This document shows, one piece after another, positions 11,680 through 24,200 of a stretch of 64,000 nt of DNA. How positions within the stretch are numbered: position 1 is the stretch's first letter; each line of letters starts with the position of its first letter. Made by a program: the position numbers and the translations under genes. The DNA comes from Eutreptiella sp. 'Long Island Sound 2002'. Taxonomy: Eukaryota > Protista > Euglenida. Where the stretch lies: NCBI GenBank assembly GCA_964036045.1, contig OZ038378.1:185876001-185940000 (forward strand), read 5' to 3'. The notes below the pieces were generated by a model. That model was not told where the DNA came from and searched no databases. It saw only the letters and a list, made by a program, of their open reading frames with translations.

Positions 11680-14600
11680 CCCGACCTCAAAATGGGGGGG
11701 GGGGTCCCTCCTTCTGTCCCAAAGCCCACCCGGTGACCCTGCACCCTGGTAGGTACAATAGTGAACCTATGCTGTTCAGTCATACAATCGTCAGGGTTCA
11801 GGGTCCATGCTTTCGTTGGCAAAAACCTAGGCCAAACCCCTTACACCACGAGCACCCTTTGCCTACACAATCTCGGTGTTGGACGCACTGTCACTGTCTT
11901 CTTCAACACCACTTGGGGGAACGGGTGCATGGTGCGCGCACGGTGCGCACCGTTTGGGGCAACTACCCAGCTTTCATCCCGCAATTGGACCCCCACAGAA
12001 CGGCAGCACAGAGCAAGATTGGAACCCTGGAAAACATGCAATCACATGAGTTTCTTGCAGTCCAAAGTGCATCTGGTATGTTCAGGGCGTTGTGAGGGGC
12101 CCAGAATAGTAGCAGGAACCCGCTCATTTGCACTGCTGTGGTTGTAGAAGACAGGGGTACCAGCACGAACCCAAGACAACGTCATTGCGTTGCTGAGCTA
12201 TAGACCAAGGAATAGCATGTACAATGCAGTCCTGAGGGCATGTCGGGTGAAATGGGGCACAAGCTCAGCAACATGGCACCTCACGGGGCAACAGCAAAGC
12301 AAAACAATGGCGCCAGGTAAATTGTCTGAATAAAAAAGATGCATGGTGCGCACACGGTGCGTCCCGCTCCCCCTTGGGAGACCACTATCAACAGATGTCA
12401 GCGATGACACATCAGAAGCTGTTGCAGTCTGTGAGGCACGGGATGAGAGCCCTAACCCTGACCCTGAAGTATCAGCCCCATCTCTATCACTTTCCGATGA
12501 ACTTGCCAGTCCGCATACACCGCGCACACTCTTTGCCCACACTCACACTCACAACAGATGTGTCCATGACCCCAGGTGACTGGCAAATTTGTCACCAAAC
12601 CCATGTCTTTTGTGGCCGCACTGCATTTGTACCGAATCAAATTAGGTACCAAACTACTACGGTCCCTCTTGGACAAGGGCGTAGCTTATACAGGGGGGGG
12701 GGGGGGGTACTTGGTCACGATGACCCGCGTGTTCCTTCGTGCTACCATCCATGACAAAGCTTTTGTTCCATCTTGTGATACCTTATCTTTCTGCCTATCC
12801 ATCACTGAAGCACTGCACCATAACACAACAAGAATCTGCTATAACACAAGCACGACCCCATTCAACCCAATGAGGCCAAGACTAAAAAAAAAAAAGAACA
12901 GAAGAAAGTAGTGGAGGTTTCCTACCCTTGTGGATTTTTTGAACCCTGTGGATTTCCCCGACCGTTGGGGAGTTTTCATACCCTTTGGATTTGTCCTACC
13001 CCTATGTATTTTTCCTGCCTCATGGATTTTTCCTACCCTTGTCCTACTACATAAGGTGGAAAAACCTTTTTACCCCATGCCATACGCCCGGAAAAAATTA
13101 CTGGCGCCTGCGGCACTGCCAATTTCCCTGAAAATCTCAATCGGCTGAAAGGCGGGTTCAAGAACTGGGGTGTCCCAAGGGGGTGAGGGGTTGCAGGTTC
13201 TGAACCACATTGCCCCCCTCGTACAGACCCCAATACTCAGCGCATGAGATGGGGGTAAGGGAAATTGACAAATGAGGGCCGACCATTTCGAGGCACTAGG
13301 GCAGTAGTTCTGACTTTGGCCATTTCATCTTGGTGACATCATGTGTGAAATACATCTTTCCATTAAAACCACAATTATGCCTTATGAATGGTGAGAATAA
13401 CATCAACACAAGCACCTGGCAATTTGTTTTTGTTCTTTTTTGCGAGCGAAGTAAAGGTGGTTGTGGGGAGTATACCAAAGGGGAGGGCAGTTTTTGGTGC
13501 AACAGGAGTGGGGCTGGGCAAGAGCCTCCGATCCCTTTATACAATCCTCACACAAAATTATTGGAAGCGCGTCTGAGGGCCCGCGGTTGAAGTTGAAGTT
13601 GCTGAACACCTGGTTTGACCCCAGTGGGTGCACAGTGCCCATGGGGTACTTACTGCACCCCCCCACCACCCACACACACACACACACACCACTGCAGTGC
13701 GGACAGAGCTGTAGATGAGCTGTATGATAGTGAACGCTATGGATTTGGCTGAAGATATTTAGCGACACACATACACACCACACCCCCCTTTGTGCAGCCT
13801 CCACGGGGCGTTCGGCAAACTGTCACTTTTGCATTTTTGATCAAAATCCATGGCTAAAATTGTGTAAAAAAAAAACTGCGTATTCTGCATAATGCACATT
13901 CATATTGCCATGAAGCCTCCAAGCTGGTTTTAGTTATTAGTGCCATCCAACAGTGAGAGTGGCGAAACACCAGTTGGAATGCTTCACACACCAGACCTTA
14001 AAATTTGATGACACATCTCTATGGCAAAAAGTGTGCGATGATGATGCGCACGTGATCATATCTCTAGTTCCATGCAGTTGGTTGTGCACATCCTTGTGCC
14101 CTGAAAACGTCCATACTTTGCTGGTACAGTGCACATTTGAGATGCAGAACCCTGCATAAACCGGAAAACATCCGTGACCAAGCAGAAAACCACTTTGTCA
14201 AATGCATCTTTTTTTTTTTGCTCAGGCTCAACAAGTTCAAAGAGTGTAATGTGAGCTCTCAGGCAACCGCCTGGTTCAAGAAGTAGGGCATATAGTACAA
14301 ACGAGGGCTCCACATTTGGCATGTGTTCCAGCTTTACCTGGGGAGCTGTCTCTGTTCACTACCTGCTTGGTCTGGGTCAGCTTATGTACACCAATATGTA
14401 CACCAATAATGGACAACTTGAAGTGAATGCAACATGTCCTACGCATAAGAGGTCAAATGGGAGGCATGTCAGGGCGACAGCTGTTGCGTCACCAAATGAG
14501 AGGCCTTGTTGATGGGCTAAGATATATTCTGGGTGCACCACGTGAACGTAGGACAGGGTGCGGCGTCTCTTCCGAAAGACATGAACCATTGATGAAAAGA

Positions 14601-14958
14601 GGTCGCATTGTTCAACCACTGCTGGGCATCACGCCACACCCTCGTACGTGCACACATGCATATGTAGTGCACTCGGAAGGGAAGGGGCGCAGGTACGGAT
14701 CATTACAGGGGATTCTGAGGTGCTGTAACCTGGGAATGCCCTGCAATTTGCCTAACCCACTCATGGCTGATGCCCACCTTGCGCACCAGCAAATGGCCAC
14801 CCACGGCAGCATGCCGCAGCAAAGCATGCGAGCACGTGATGCAATGGAGCAGGCATGGGGCACATGAAAGACCCCCAGCTCCCCTCAGCGCCCCTCCTCG
14901 GCAACCAAAAAGCAACGTGGAGTCATTAAAGCATCACACTGATCAAAGCCCCTGAGAG

Positions 14959-15103
14959 GAAGGAAATCATATTAAGGAGCAATAGTCCATGGGGCTTCTA
15001 CCCATTCCAGCCCCCAGACTCACCCAAGGGGCAAGTCGCGCGGGTTTCTGGAGAGCTGCCGCCCTGTATGACAAGAGGCTCCCCCTCCGTCCTTTAGGTT
15101 GCC
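14959..15103 (-). mobile_element. Extremely 5'-truncated copy (stop plus 3' UTR) of the adjacent LINE
   Basis: Near-identical to the 3'-terminal ~145 bp of the adjacent element (15123 to ~15272). Bounded on both sides by the 19-mer tgatcaaagcccctgagag. Confidence 0.7.
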
Positions 15104-15122
15104 TGATCAAAGCCCCTGAGAG

Positions 15123-17651
15123 GAAGGAAGGAAATCATATTAAGGAGCAATAGTCCATGGGGCTTCTACCCATTCCAGCCCCAGACTCACCCAAGGGGCA
15201 AGTCGCGCGGGTTTCTGGAGAGCTGCCGCCCTGTATGACAAGAGGCTCCCCCCTCCGTCCTTTAGGTTGCCTCACGTGAGGCCCGTCCATGCTTCATGAG
15301 CCCCTCCGCGCTGCTGGAAGACAGAGCACCTTCCTGCATGCTGTACAGCATGGTGGAGTGTCGTGCATGGGGGTCACGAACCCATCCCTGGCCCTGTCGG
15401 GCCATGCCAGGCAATTCCGTGCAGAGACGCTGTGCTCCGCGAAGAGAGGGAAGAGTAAAGGGGTTAGGGGGCCACTCCCCCACGGAGGGTGGGGTAGAGT
15501 ACTGGACTTCATACTGACCCATGTCTTCATCGCACTCACGATGAGTGCTGCCCGCTCGCGAGGCGGACATCACGCCCTCAAAAAGTGGAGCCAGCAGGGT
15601 GGGGGTCAGATCGGGGGGGGTAGAACACCGGACGGCATACTGTTGCACGTCCTCATCAGACGCACTCTGAGTGCTGTCCCTTCGCGGGGTAGACATTGCG
15701 CTCTCAAATAGGGGCGCCAGCAGGACAGGGGGCAGGTGTGGTGAATCCTGCTGTCGGTTAGACCCCCCCCCTGGTGTGCATGCGGGCGACCAATGCTCCG
15801 GGGTCACGTGCCGCACTGAGTGCCAACTGGAAGTCACCGCCGGCGACCATGCCGGAGATGGCGAGAATTGCCCTGGCCTGCTCAGCACCCGCGGAGACGG
15901 GGTGCTAGTTACGTTGAACCCCATCGGAGGGTCGGGGGGCAGGACGGCGGTGCGTGAAGTCCGCGCGTTGGGCCGTGGTTCCCTTCGGGGCTGTAGCGGT
16001 TGTGGCCTTGCTGGGGGCATCCGGATCTGCTGCAACATCCTTGCTATCCCCGGGGGGATGTCGCGTCCCTTTTCGTGTGGAGGCTGCTCCGAGCTGCGTG
16101 TCGGTAGTGGGGTGCGCTGCCCCTCTGGGGTGCTTACCACCACTATGCGTGACGCACGCTCAGGAGTGATAGCTCCTGTGAGCTGTAGGTATGAGAGTGC
16201 ATGCCTGGACATGGGGAGGGGGGCTCCGGCTGGGCTCCCGTGGCGGTCTGGGGCCTCCAGGGCCGTGTGTGACCGCGCATCCCCTTGCTGTAGCTGGGGT
16301 CGCTTGCGCCGTGGGCTCCCCGGCTGTGCTGTGACCGACTGCCGCCTTTTGACCCCTCGGGGCACCCTCGCAGGTGGTGCCCTTCGCCGTGATTTCCTCA
16401 GCGCCGGGTTCCCTGACCGGTGAACAGATCGGGCCCTGGGAGCTCGTGCGCGGGGCACTGCGTGTGGCGGTGAGGACCGCGCTGGGCCGCCACGGGGCCC
16501 TGCTGTCGCTCGTCGGCAGCTTCCCCCGGTGTTGATGGGCTCAGATTCCCACGAGGACGACGAGGAGAAGACCTCCGGGGTAGAGGGTCCTTCCTCCGAG
16601 GTGTATTCCATCTGCACCGGGGGCGACGGCGACGGCGGAGCCCATCCTAGAGGTGCATCCGGGAGAGTTAGCGCATCTACGCGCTGAGACAAATCGTTGG
16701 GCGCTGTCGCTCGCCCCGCCGGCAGTGCTGCTTGTGGACTCGAGCCCACTGCAGCTACATCAGGTGGAGGCGGGACCGCCTGCTTGGCAGGCCGGAGCAA
16801 CCGGTAGGGCCGCGTAGGGGGAGCTCCGGGGTTGCGGTGTGCTGGAAAGTAGTCAGCCGCAAACAAAGTGGTGCTCTTCTTACCTCCTCCTCTGCCGGTG
16901 AGATGCCTGGGGGTGTGCATAGCAGGCAGCAGAGACGATGTGTACTTGAGCTTGGGAATGCGCTCCCTGATGCTGGGGCTGGACTCCATTGCTTCCCGCC
17001 GTTCCTTGGCCCGTTGGGCATTTCTACGTCTTGTGTCCGGTGAGGGGGGCGGTGCTTGTAGCACAGCCGTCCAGCGCAGCTCACAGTACTCTTGCAGGTT
17101 TTGTAGAAGTTTCAGCATGTCCAGGCGCCGTGTGAAGTATGGTCTCGCAGACACACCCACTACTGTGGGGGCCCCCAGTGGGACTAAGGAGGAGCATTTG
17201 GTAAGTACACCACCTGGTAGCACGGCCCCAGCCACGCTCAGCTTTTGCAAGGTCGCTAGGGCAAGCTTTAGGACCCTTGCCCTTTCTGGTAGCGGGAGGG
17301 CAGTCGCCCGATACACAGCCCGGGGTGAGGCCGGCAGGGTGCGCGCCGCGAAGCACTCAAAGTCCATTGCTAGTTCCATGAAGGAGACTTGCCCTTTCCC
17401 TGGTATCCAGACCAGCTCGTTGACCCATCGTAGCAGATCGTCACGAAAGTCGGAGTCCCACCGCCACTCTTGAGCTGTGGGTTGGCGAATCCGCAGCTTC
17501 TCCCTGTGCTCCGGCCGCGGTAGCGGTCCGATGAACTGCCAGAATGGGTACCCTCTGCCTTGTTTCGTCTTAGGCTGGTCAAAGAGCTGCACATCTTCCC
17601 GGTGTGCCCGCGCCCGCAGAATTTGCAGCACCATACTATGAAAACCGTACA
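15123..17651 (-). mobile_element. 5'-truncated non-LTR retrotransposon with an intact C-terminal ~795 codons and a (TTCC)n-like tail
   Basis: 19-bp direct repeat at 15104-15122 and 17652-17670. ORF runs to TAA at 15262 and shares a conserved domain with the LINE at 58340-60790. Ends ...ATTTCCTTCCTTC on the - strand. Confidence 0.8.
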
Positions 17652-18251
17652 TGATCAAAGCCCCTGAGAGCATATGGCTTCTGGTGCAAAGGCAGGCGCA
17701 GAGAGTGGAGCTTAGCATTTGCGATGAACGGCAATGAAGATTTGTTTCAGGCATGGTCTGTACACGCCTTAATGCGGTGGGGGACCTGCACTCAACAGGG
17801 CGGATGTGTTTTGTAATTTGATAACTATTGCTTCGATGTGAATCGAAATGGCGTAACAAGGCACGTAAGCCCAAGGAATATGCAGCACCCAGTCTTAGTT
17901 TTGATGGCTGATTTTCGAGGTGTTCGAGCAAGTTTGAGAAACGAGAAAGTTAAGGGGAACACTCCTAGAACACTCAAGCATAGGCAGCTTGAGTGCAACA
18001 TGGCGTCCCCCCTGCGCCCCGTACAGTATTAACATATTGCTGGAGCAGTACCATTTGCCCCGTTTGAGGCATATGCGTCATCAAGAACAGCAACAGCTGT
18101 CACGCTGTGAGGCCACTCAACTTACAACGTTCCCCCCAAGGACATGCTGGTCACATTTGGCATTGGTGCTGGGTGCTGTGGAATGCTTCAAAATCCCCAT
18201 GTGCAGCTCCTAAAACCGGGTACCGTGGCATGCTGCGGCTGCACATGCTTG

Positions 18252-21200
18252 CTCATGAGTGGCCAATCAACTTTGAATGTTAATTTCGGGCACATGAGGG
18301 TCATCAGTTTTAGTTTCGGGGACACGAGGGTCAAAATGCAGGGCTCATCAAACTTTGCAGTGTTGGACATAAGAGCTCTCACCTGCTCCAGCGCAAGAAG
18401 TGTCCCGAAAAGTGTAGTGTCTCGTAGTGCTGGCAGGATCGACCCTGCGGGCTTTGTAATCCTACAAAGCGCTCGAGTCAGCCCAGCGGACCCATGCAGG
18501 TCCATCCAATTCTTCACAGTTTCGCGTATGGCTCCTCAGCAGTGGAACTTAGTGTCAGTTCCAGGGGGTGGGTGGAACAGGCGACGTCCTCTGGCCCACT
18601 CTCCGCAAACCGTTAGAGGCCCTCCGGCCACAGTCCCAACCGCAGGCAGCAGCGTGCCAATCAACATGGTGTGCTGGCCACTGACTGTACACAGGGACGG
18701 GCCTCCGGCGCTTTGGACAAAGAGCGGCAGCAGTCCCCTGCCACTTGAGTGAGCGGCGAGGGGAGATCCACTGTACCCGGGGCATGCTGGTGTGCCAGGG
18801 AGCAGGGTTTCCCACTGATTCAGATTAAAAGGCAATGTTTTGGTTTGGAAATATTTGGAAATAGTCGGAAATATTCGGAAATATTCGGAACGGTGAAAAT
18901 ACATTTTTCTGTACTTCCTGCATGCTTGTTGGCGAGTCCCATTACCCTCTTACTATTTGTTGTTCCTTCCTGAACCAAGTGGAACAATCAAAATGCAACA
19001 GAAGCATGGCCGACAGCACAAACGTGCGGCAATCTGTCCCAGATAGTATGACCAAGAGGTTGCTGCCAGCTGCAGAAGTTGTGACTCGTGGTGGATTTGA
19101 AGGATTCACTCAGTCAGATTCCTTTGGCTGAGAGTACTCCATTGTACACAGCCACATCAGCCCCCATAGGAGTGTTGCGTCCCTGCTGTATGCCGCAAGG
19201 CCTGAAAAAACAGCCCTGCTGTATGGCAGCGAGTCATCGAATAGGTTCTTGCTGGCTACCTGTAGCATTGACAACAATGACGGGAGCGTTTGCTTTGCAT
19301 GTCCCAAATGCAGGGGGCTGAACTACTGGAGCGCAACAAAAATGTGGCCCTGACCAGGAGGCTGCTGCCAGCTGCAGAAAGTGTCACCCTGAGATTGAAT
19401 GAATGGAGCCAAAAGCTGATGGACAGACCATCTGACAGACCGAACAACAAACAAACACTGCACTGAGATCCGGAAATATTCGGAAATATTCGGAATGTTC
19501 GGAATTAGCAGCCCTGGCTCTGATTCGGAAACATTCGGAAATATTCGGAAATATTCGGAAATATTCCGACATATTCGGCAATATTCGTGTACTGCACAAG
19601 GTACTCATGAGTGGCCAATCAACTTTGAGTGTTAGTTTCGGGCACATGAGGGTCATCAGTTTTAGTTTCGGGGACACGAGGGTCAAAATGCAGGGCTCAT
19701 CAAACTTTGCAGTGTTGGATATAAACCCCCCCCCCCCGTACAAGAACACGCAGTCAAAATAAGAACACGCACGCATGTTCTTATTATTTAGTCAAAAATA
19801 AAAACACGCAGCCGGCCCCGGGGTCCTAGGGTCCCAATTTCTGCACCTATCGGCCCCTGCTGACATACCAGGAATTTTTTTACCCTGATGCTTCCCACAG
19901 GTCCTAGGGTCCCAATTTCAGCACCTGTTGGCCTCTGAGGTCTCAGAAATAAGAACACGCAAAAAATAAGAACACGCAAATAAATAAGAACACGCGCATG
20001 TTCTTGTACGGGGGGGGGGGGGGGGTTTAAGAGCTCTGACCTGCTCCAGCGCAAGAAGTGTCCCGAAAAGTGTCGTGTCTCGTAGTGCTGGCAGGATCGA
20101 CCCTGCGGGCTTTGTAATCCTACAAAGCGCTCGAGTCAGCCCAGCGGACCCATGCAGGTCCATCCAATTCTTCACAGTTTCGCGTATGGCTCCTCAGCAG
20201 TGGAACTTAGTGTCAGTTCCAGGGGGTGGGTGGAACAGGCGACGTCCTCTGGCCCACTCTCCGCAAACCGTTAGAGGCCCTCCGGCCACAGTCCCAACCG
20301 CAGGCAGCAGCGTGCCAATCAACATGGTGTGCTGGCCACTGACTGTACACAGGGACGGGCCTCCGGCGCTTTGGACAAAGAGCGGCAGCAGTCCCCTGCC
20401 ACTTGAGTGAGCGGCGAGGGGAGATCCACTGTACCCGGGGCATGCTGGTGTGCCAGGGAGCAGGGTTTCCCACTGATTCAGATTAAAAAACAATGTTTTG
20501 GTTCGGAAATATTCGGAAATAGTCGGAAATATTCGGAAATATTCGGAACGGTGAAAATACATTTTTCTGTACTTCCTGCATGCTTGTTGGCGAGTCCCAT
20601 TACCCTCTTACTATTTGTTGTTCCTTCCCGAACCAAGTGGAACAATCAAAATGCAACAGAAGCATGGCCGACAGCACAAACGTGCGGCAATCTGTCCCAG
20701 ATAGTATGACCAAGAGGTTGCTGCCAGCTGCAGAAGTTGTGACTCGTGGTGGATTTGAAGGATTCACTCAGTCAGATTCCTTTGGCTGAGAGTACTCCAT
20801 TGTACACAGCCACATCAGCCCCCATAGGAGTGTTGCGTCCCTGCTGTATGCCGCAAGGCCTGAAAAAACAGCCCTGCTGTATGGCAGCGAGTCATCGAAT
20901 AGGTTCTTGCTGGCTACCTGTAGCATTGACAACAATGACGGGAGCGTTTGCTTTGCATGTCCCAAATGCAGGGGGCTGAACTACTGGAGCGCAACAAAAA
21001 TGTGGCCCTGACCAGGAGGCTGCTGCCAGCTGCAGAAAGTGTCACCCTGAGATTGAATGAATGGAGCCAAAAGCTGATGGACAGACCATCTGACAGACCG
21101 AACAACAAACAAACACTGCACTGAGATCCGGAAATATTCGGAAATATTCGGAATGTTCGGAATTAGCAGCCCTGGCTCTGATTCGGAAACATTCGGAAAT

Positions 21201-24200
21201 ATTCGGAAATATTCGGAAATATTCCGACATATTCGGCAATATTCGTGTACTGCACAAGGTACTCATGAGTGGCCAATCGACTTTGAGTGTTAGTTTCGGG
21301 CACATGAGGGTCATCAGTTTTAGTTTCGGGGACACGAGGGTCAAAATGCAGGGCTCATCAAACTTTGCAGTGTTGGATATAAGAGCTCTGACCTGCTCCA
21401 GCGCAAGAAGTGTCCCGAAAAGTGTCGTGTCTCGTAGTGCTGGCAGGATCGACCCTGCGGGCTTTGTAATCCTACAAAGCGCTCGAGTCAGCCCAGCGGA
21501 CCCATGCAGGTCCATCCAATTCTTCGAGGCGTATGGCTCCTCAGCAGTGGAACTTAGTGTCAGTTCCAGGGGGTGGGTGGAACAGGCGACGTCCTCTGGC
21601 CCACTCTCCGCAAACCGTTAGAGGCCCTCCGGCCACAGTCCCAACCGCAGGCAGCGGCGTGCCAATCAACATGGTGTGCTGGCCACTGACTGTACACAGG
21701 GACGGGCCTCCGGCGCTTTGGACAAAGAGCGGCAGCAGTCCCCTGCCACTTGAGTGAGCGGCGAGGGGAGATCCACTGTACCCGGGGCATGCTGGTGTGC
21801 CAGGGAGCAGGGTTTCCCACTGATTCAGATTAAAAAACAATGTTTTGGTTCGGAAATATTCGGAAATAGTCGGAAATATTCGGAAATATTCGGAACGGTG
21901 AAATAACATTTTTCTGTACTTCCTGCATGCTTGTTGGCGAGTCCCATTACCCTCTTACTATTTGTTGTTCCTTCCCGAACCAAGTGGAACAATCAAAATG
22001 CAACAGAAGCATGGCCGACAGCACAAACGTGCGGCAATCTGTCCCAGATAGTATGACCAAGAGGTTGCTGCCAGCTGCAGAAGTTGTGACTCGTGGTGGA
22101 TTTGAAGGATTCACTCAGTCAGATTCCTTTGGCTGAGAGTACTCCATTGTACACAGCCACATCAGCCCCCATAGGAGTGTTGCGTCCCTGCTGTATGCCG
22201 CAAGGCCTGAAAAAACAGCCCTGCTGTATGGCAGCGAGTCATCGAATGGGTTCTTGCTGGCTACCTGTAGCATTGACAACAATGACGGGAGCGTTTGCTT
22301 TGCATGTCCCAAATGCAGGGGGCTGAACTACTGGAGCGCAACAAAAATGTGGCCCTGACCAGGAGGCTGCTGCCAGCTGCAGAAAGTGTCACCCTGAGAT
22401 TGAATGAATGGAGCCAAAAGCTGATGGACAGACCATCTGACAGACCGAACAACAAACAAACACTGCACTGAGATCCGGAAATATTCGAAAATATTCGGAA
22501 TGTTCGGAATTAGCAGCCCTGGCTCTGATTCGGAAACATTCGGAAATATTCGGAAATATTCGGAAATATTCCGACATATTCGGCAATATTCGTGTACTGC
22601 ACAAGGTACTCATGAGTGGCCAATCAACTTTGAGTGTTAGTTTCGGGCACATGAGGGTCATCAGTTTTAGTTTCGGGGACACGAGGGTCAAAATGCAGGG
22701 CTCATCAAACTTTGCAGTGTTGGATATAAGAGCTCTGACCTGCTCCAGCGCAAGAAGTGTCCCGAAAAGTGTCGTGTCTCGTAGTGCTGGCAGGATCGAC
22801 CCTGCGGGCTTTGTAATCCTACAAAGCGCTCGAGTCAGCCCAGCGGACCCATGCAGGTCCATCCAATTCTTCGAGGCGTATGGCTCCTCAGCAGTGGAAC
22901 TTAGTGTCAGTTCCAGGGGGTGGGTGGAACAGGCGACGTCCTCTGGCCCACTCTCCGCAAACCGTTAGAGGCCCTCCGGCCACAGTCCCAACCGCAGGCA
23001 GCAGCGTGCCAATCAACATGGTGTGCTGGCCACTGACTGTACACAGGGACGGGCCTCCGGCGCTTTGGACAAAGAGCGGCAGCAGTCCCCTGCCACTTGA
23101 GTGAGCGGCGAGGGGAGATCCACTGTACCCGGGGCATGCTGGTGTGCCAGGGAGCAGGGTTTCCCACTGATTCAGATTAAAAAACAATGTTTTGGTTCGG
23201 AAATATTCGGAAATAGTCGGAAATATTCGGAAATATTCGGAACGGTGAAAATACATTTTTCTGTACTTCCTGCATGCTTGTTGGCGAGTCCCATTACCCT
23301 CTTACTATTTGTTGTTCCTTCCCGAACCAAGTGGAACAATCAAAATGCAACAGAAGCATGGCCGACAGCACAAACGTGCGGCAATCTGTCCCAGATAGTA
23401 TGACCAAGAGGTTGCTGCCAGCTGCAGAAGTTGTGACTCGTGGTGGATTTGAAGGATTCACTCAGTCAGATTCCTTTGGCTGAGAGTACTCCATTGTACA
23501 CAGCCACATCAGCCCCCATAGGAGTGTTGCGTCCCTGCTGTATGCCGCAAGGCCTGAAAAAACAGCCCTGCTGTATGGCAGCGAGTCATCGAATGGGTTC
23601 TTGCTGGCTACCTGTAGCATTGACAACAATGACGGGAGCGTTTGCTTTGCATGTCCCAAATGCAGGGGGCTGAACTACTGGAGCGCAACAAAAATGTGGC
23701 CCTGACCAGGAGGCTGCTGCCAGCTGCAGAAAGTGTCACCCTGAGATTGAATGAATGGAGCCAAAAGCTGATGGACAGACCATCTGACAGACCGAACAAC
23801 AAACAAACACTGCACTGAGATCCGGAAATATTCGGAAATATTCGGAATGTTCGGAATTAGCAGCCCTGGCTCTGATTCGGAAACTTTCGGAAATATTCGG
23901 AAATATTCGGAAATATTCCGACATATTCGGCAATATTCGTGTACTGCACAAGGTACTCATGAGTGGCCAATCAACTTTGAGTGTTAGTTTCGGGCACATG
24001 AGGGTCATCAGTTTTAGTTTCGGGGACACGAGGGTCAAAATGCAGGGCTCATCAAACTTTGCAGTGTTGGATATAAGAGCTCTGACCTGCTCCAGCGCAA
24101 CGACTGTCACGAAAAGTGTCGTGTCTCGTAGTGCTGGCAGGATCGACCCTGCGGGCTTTGTAATCCTACAAAGCGCTCGAGTCAGCCCAGCGGACCCATG

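Noticed and set aside
15671-17473. Long + strand ORFs opposite the LINE, and similar ones opposite the kinase exons and RNase H ORFs
   Set aside because: Antisense shadow frames of GC-rich coding sequence.
17652-17931. First ~93 codons of the 889-aa ORF
   Set aside because: Lie outside the target duplication; chance read-through of flanking DNA into a truncated LINE.
20190-20800. TGA-to-Trp genetic code reassignment to explain in-frame TGAs in the array
   Set aside because: The kinase exons and intact retroelement ORFs use TGG for Trp and contain no internal TGA.
22627-22645. Resemblance of actttgagtgttagtttcg to the Euglena spliced-leader exon, suggesting an SL RNA array
   Set aside because: Needs several gaps, has no GT donor after it, no 5S gene is seen, and it is part of a 27-bp internal repeat.
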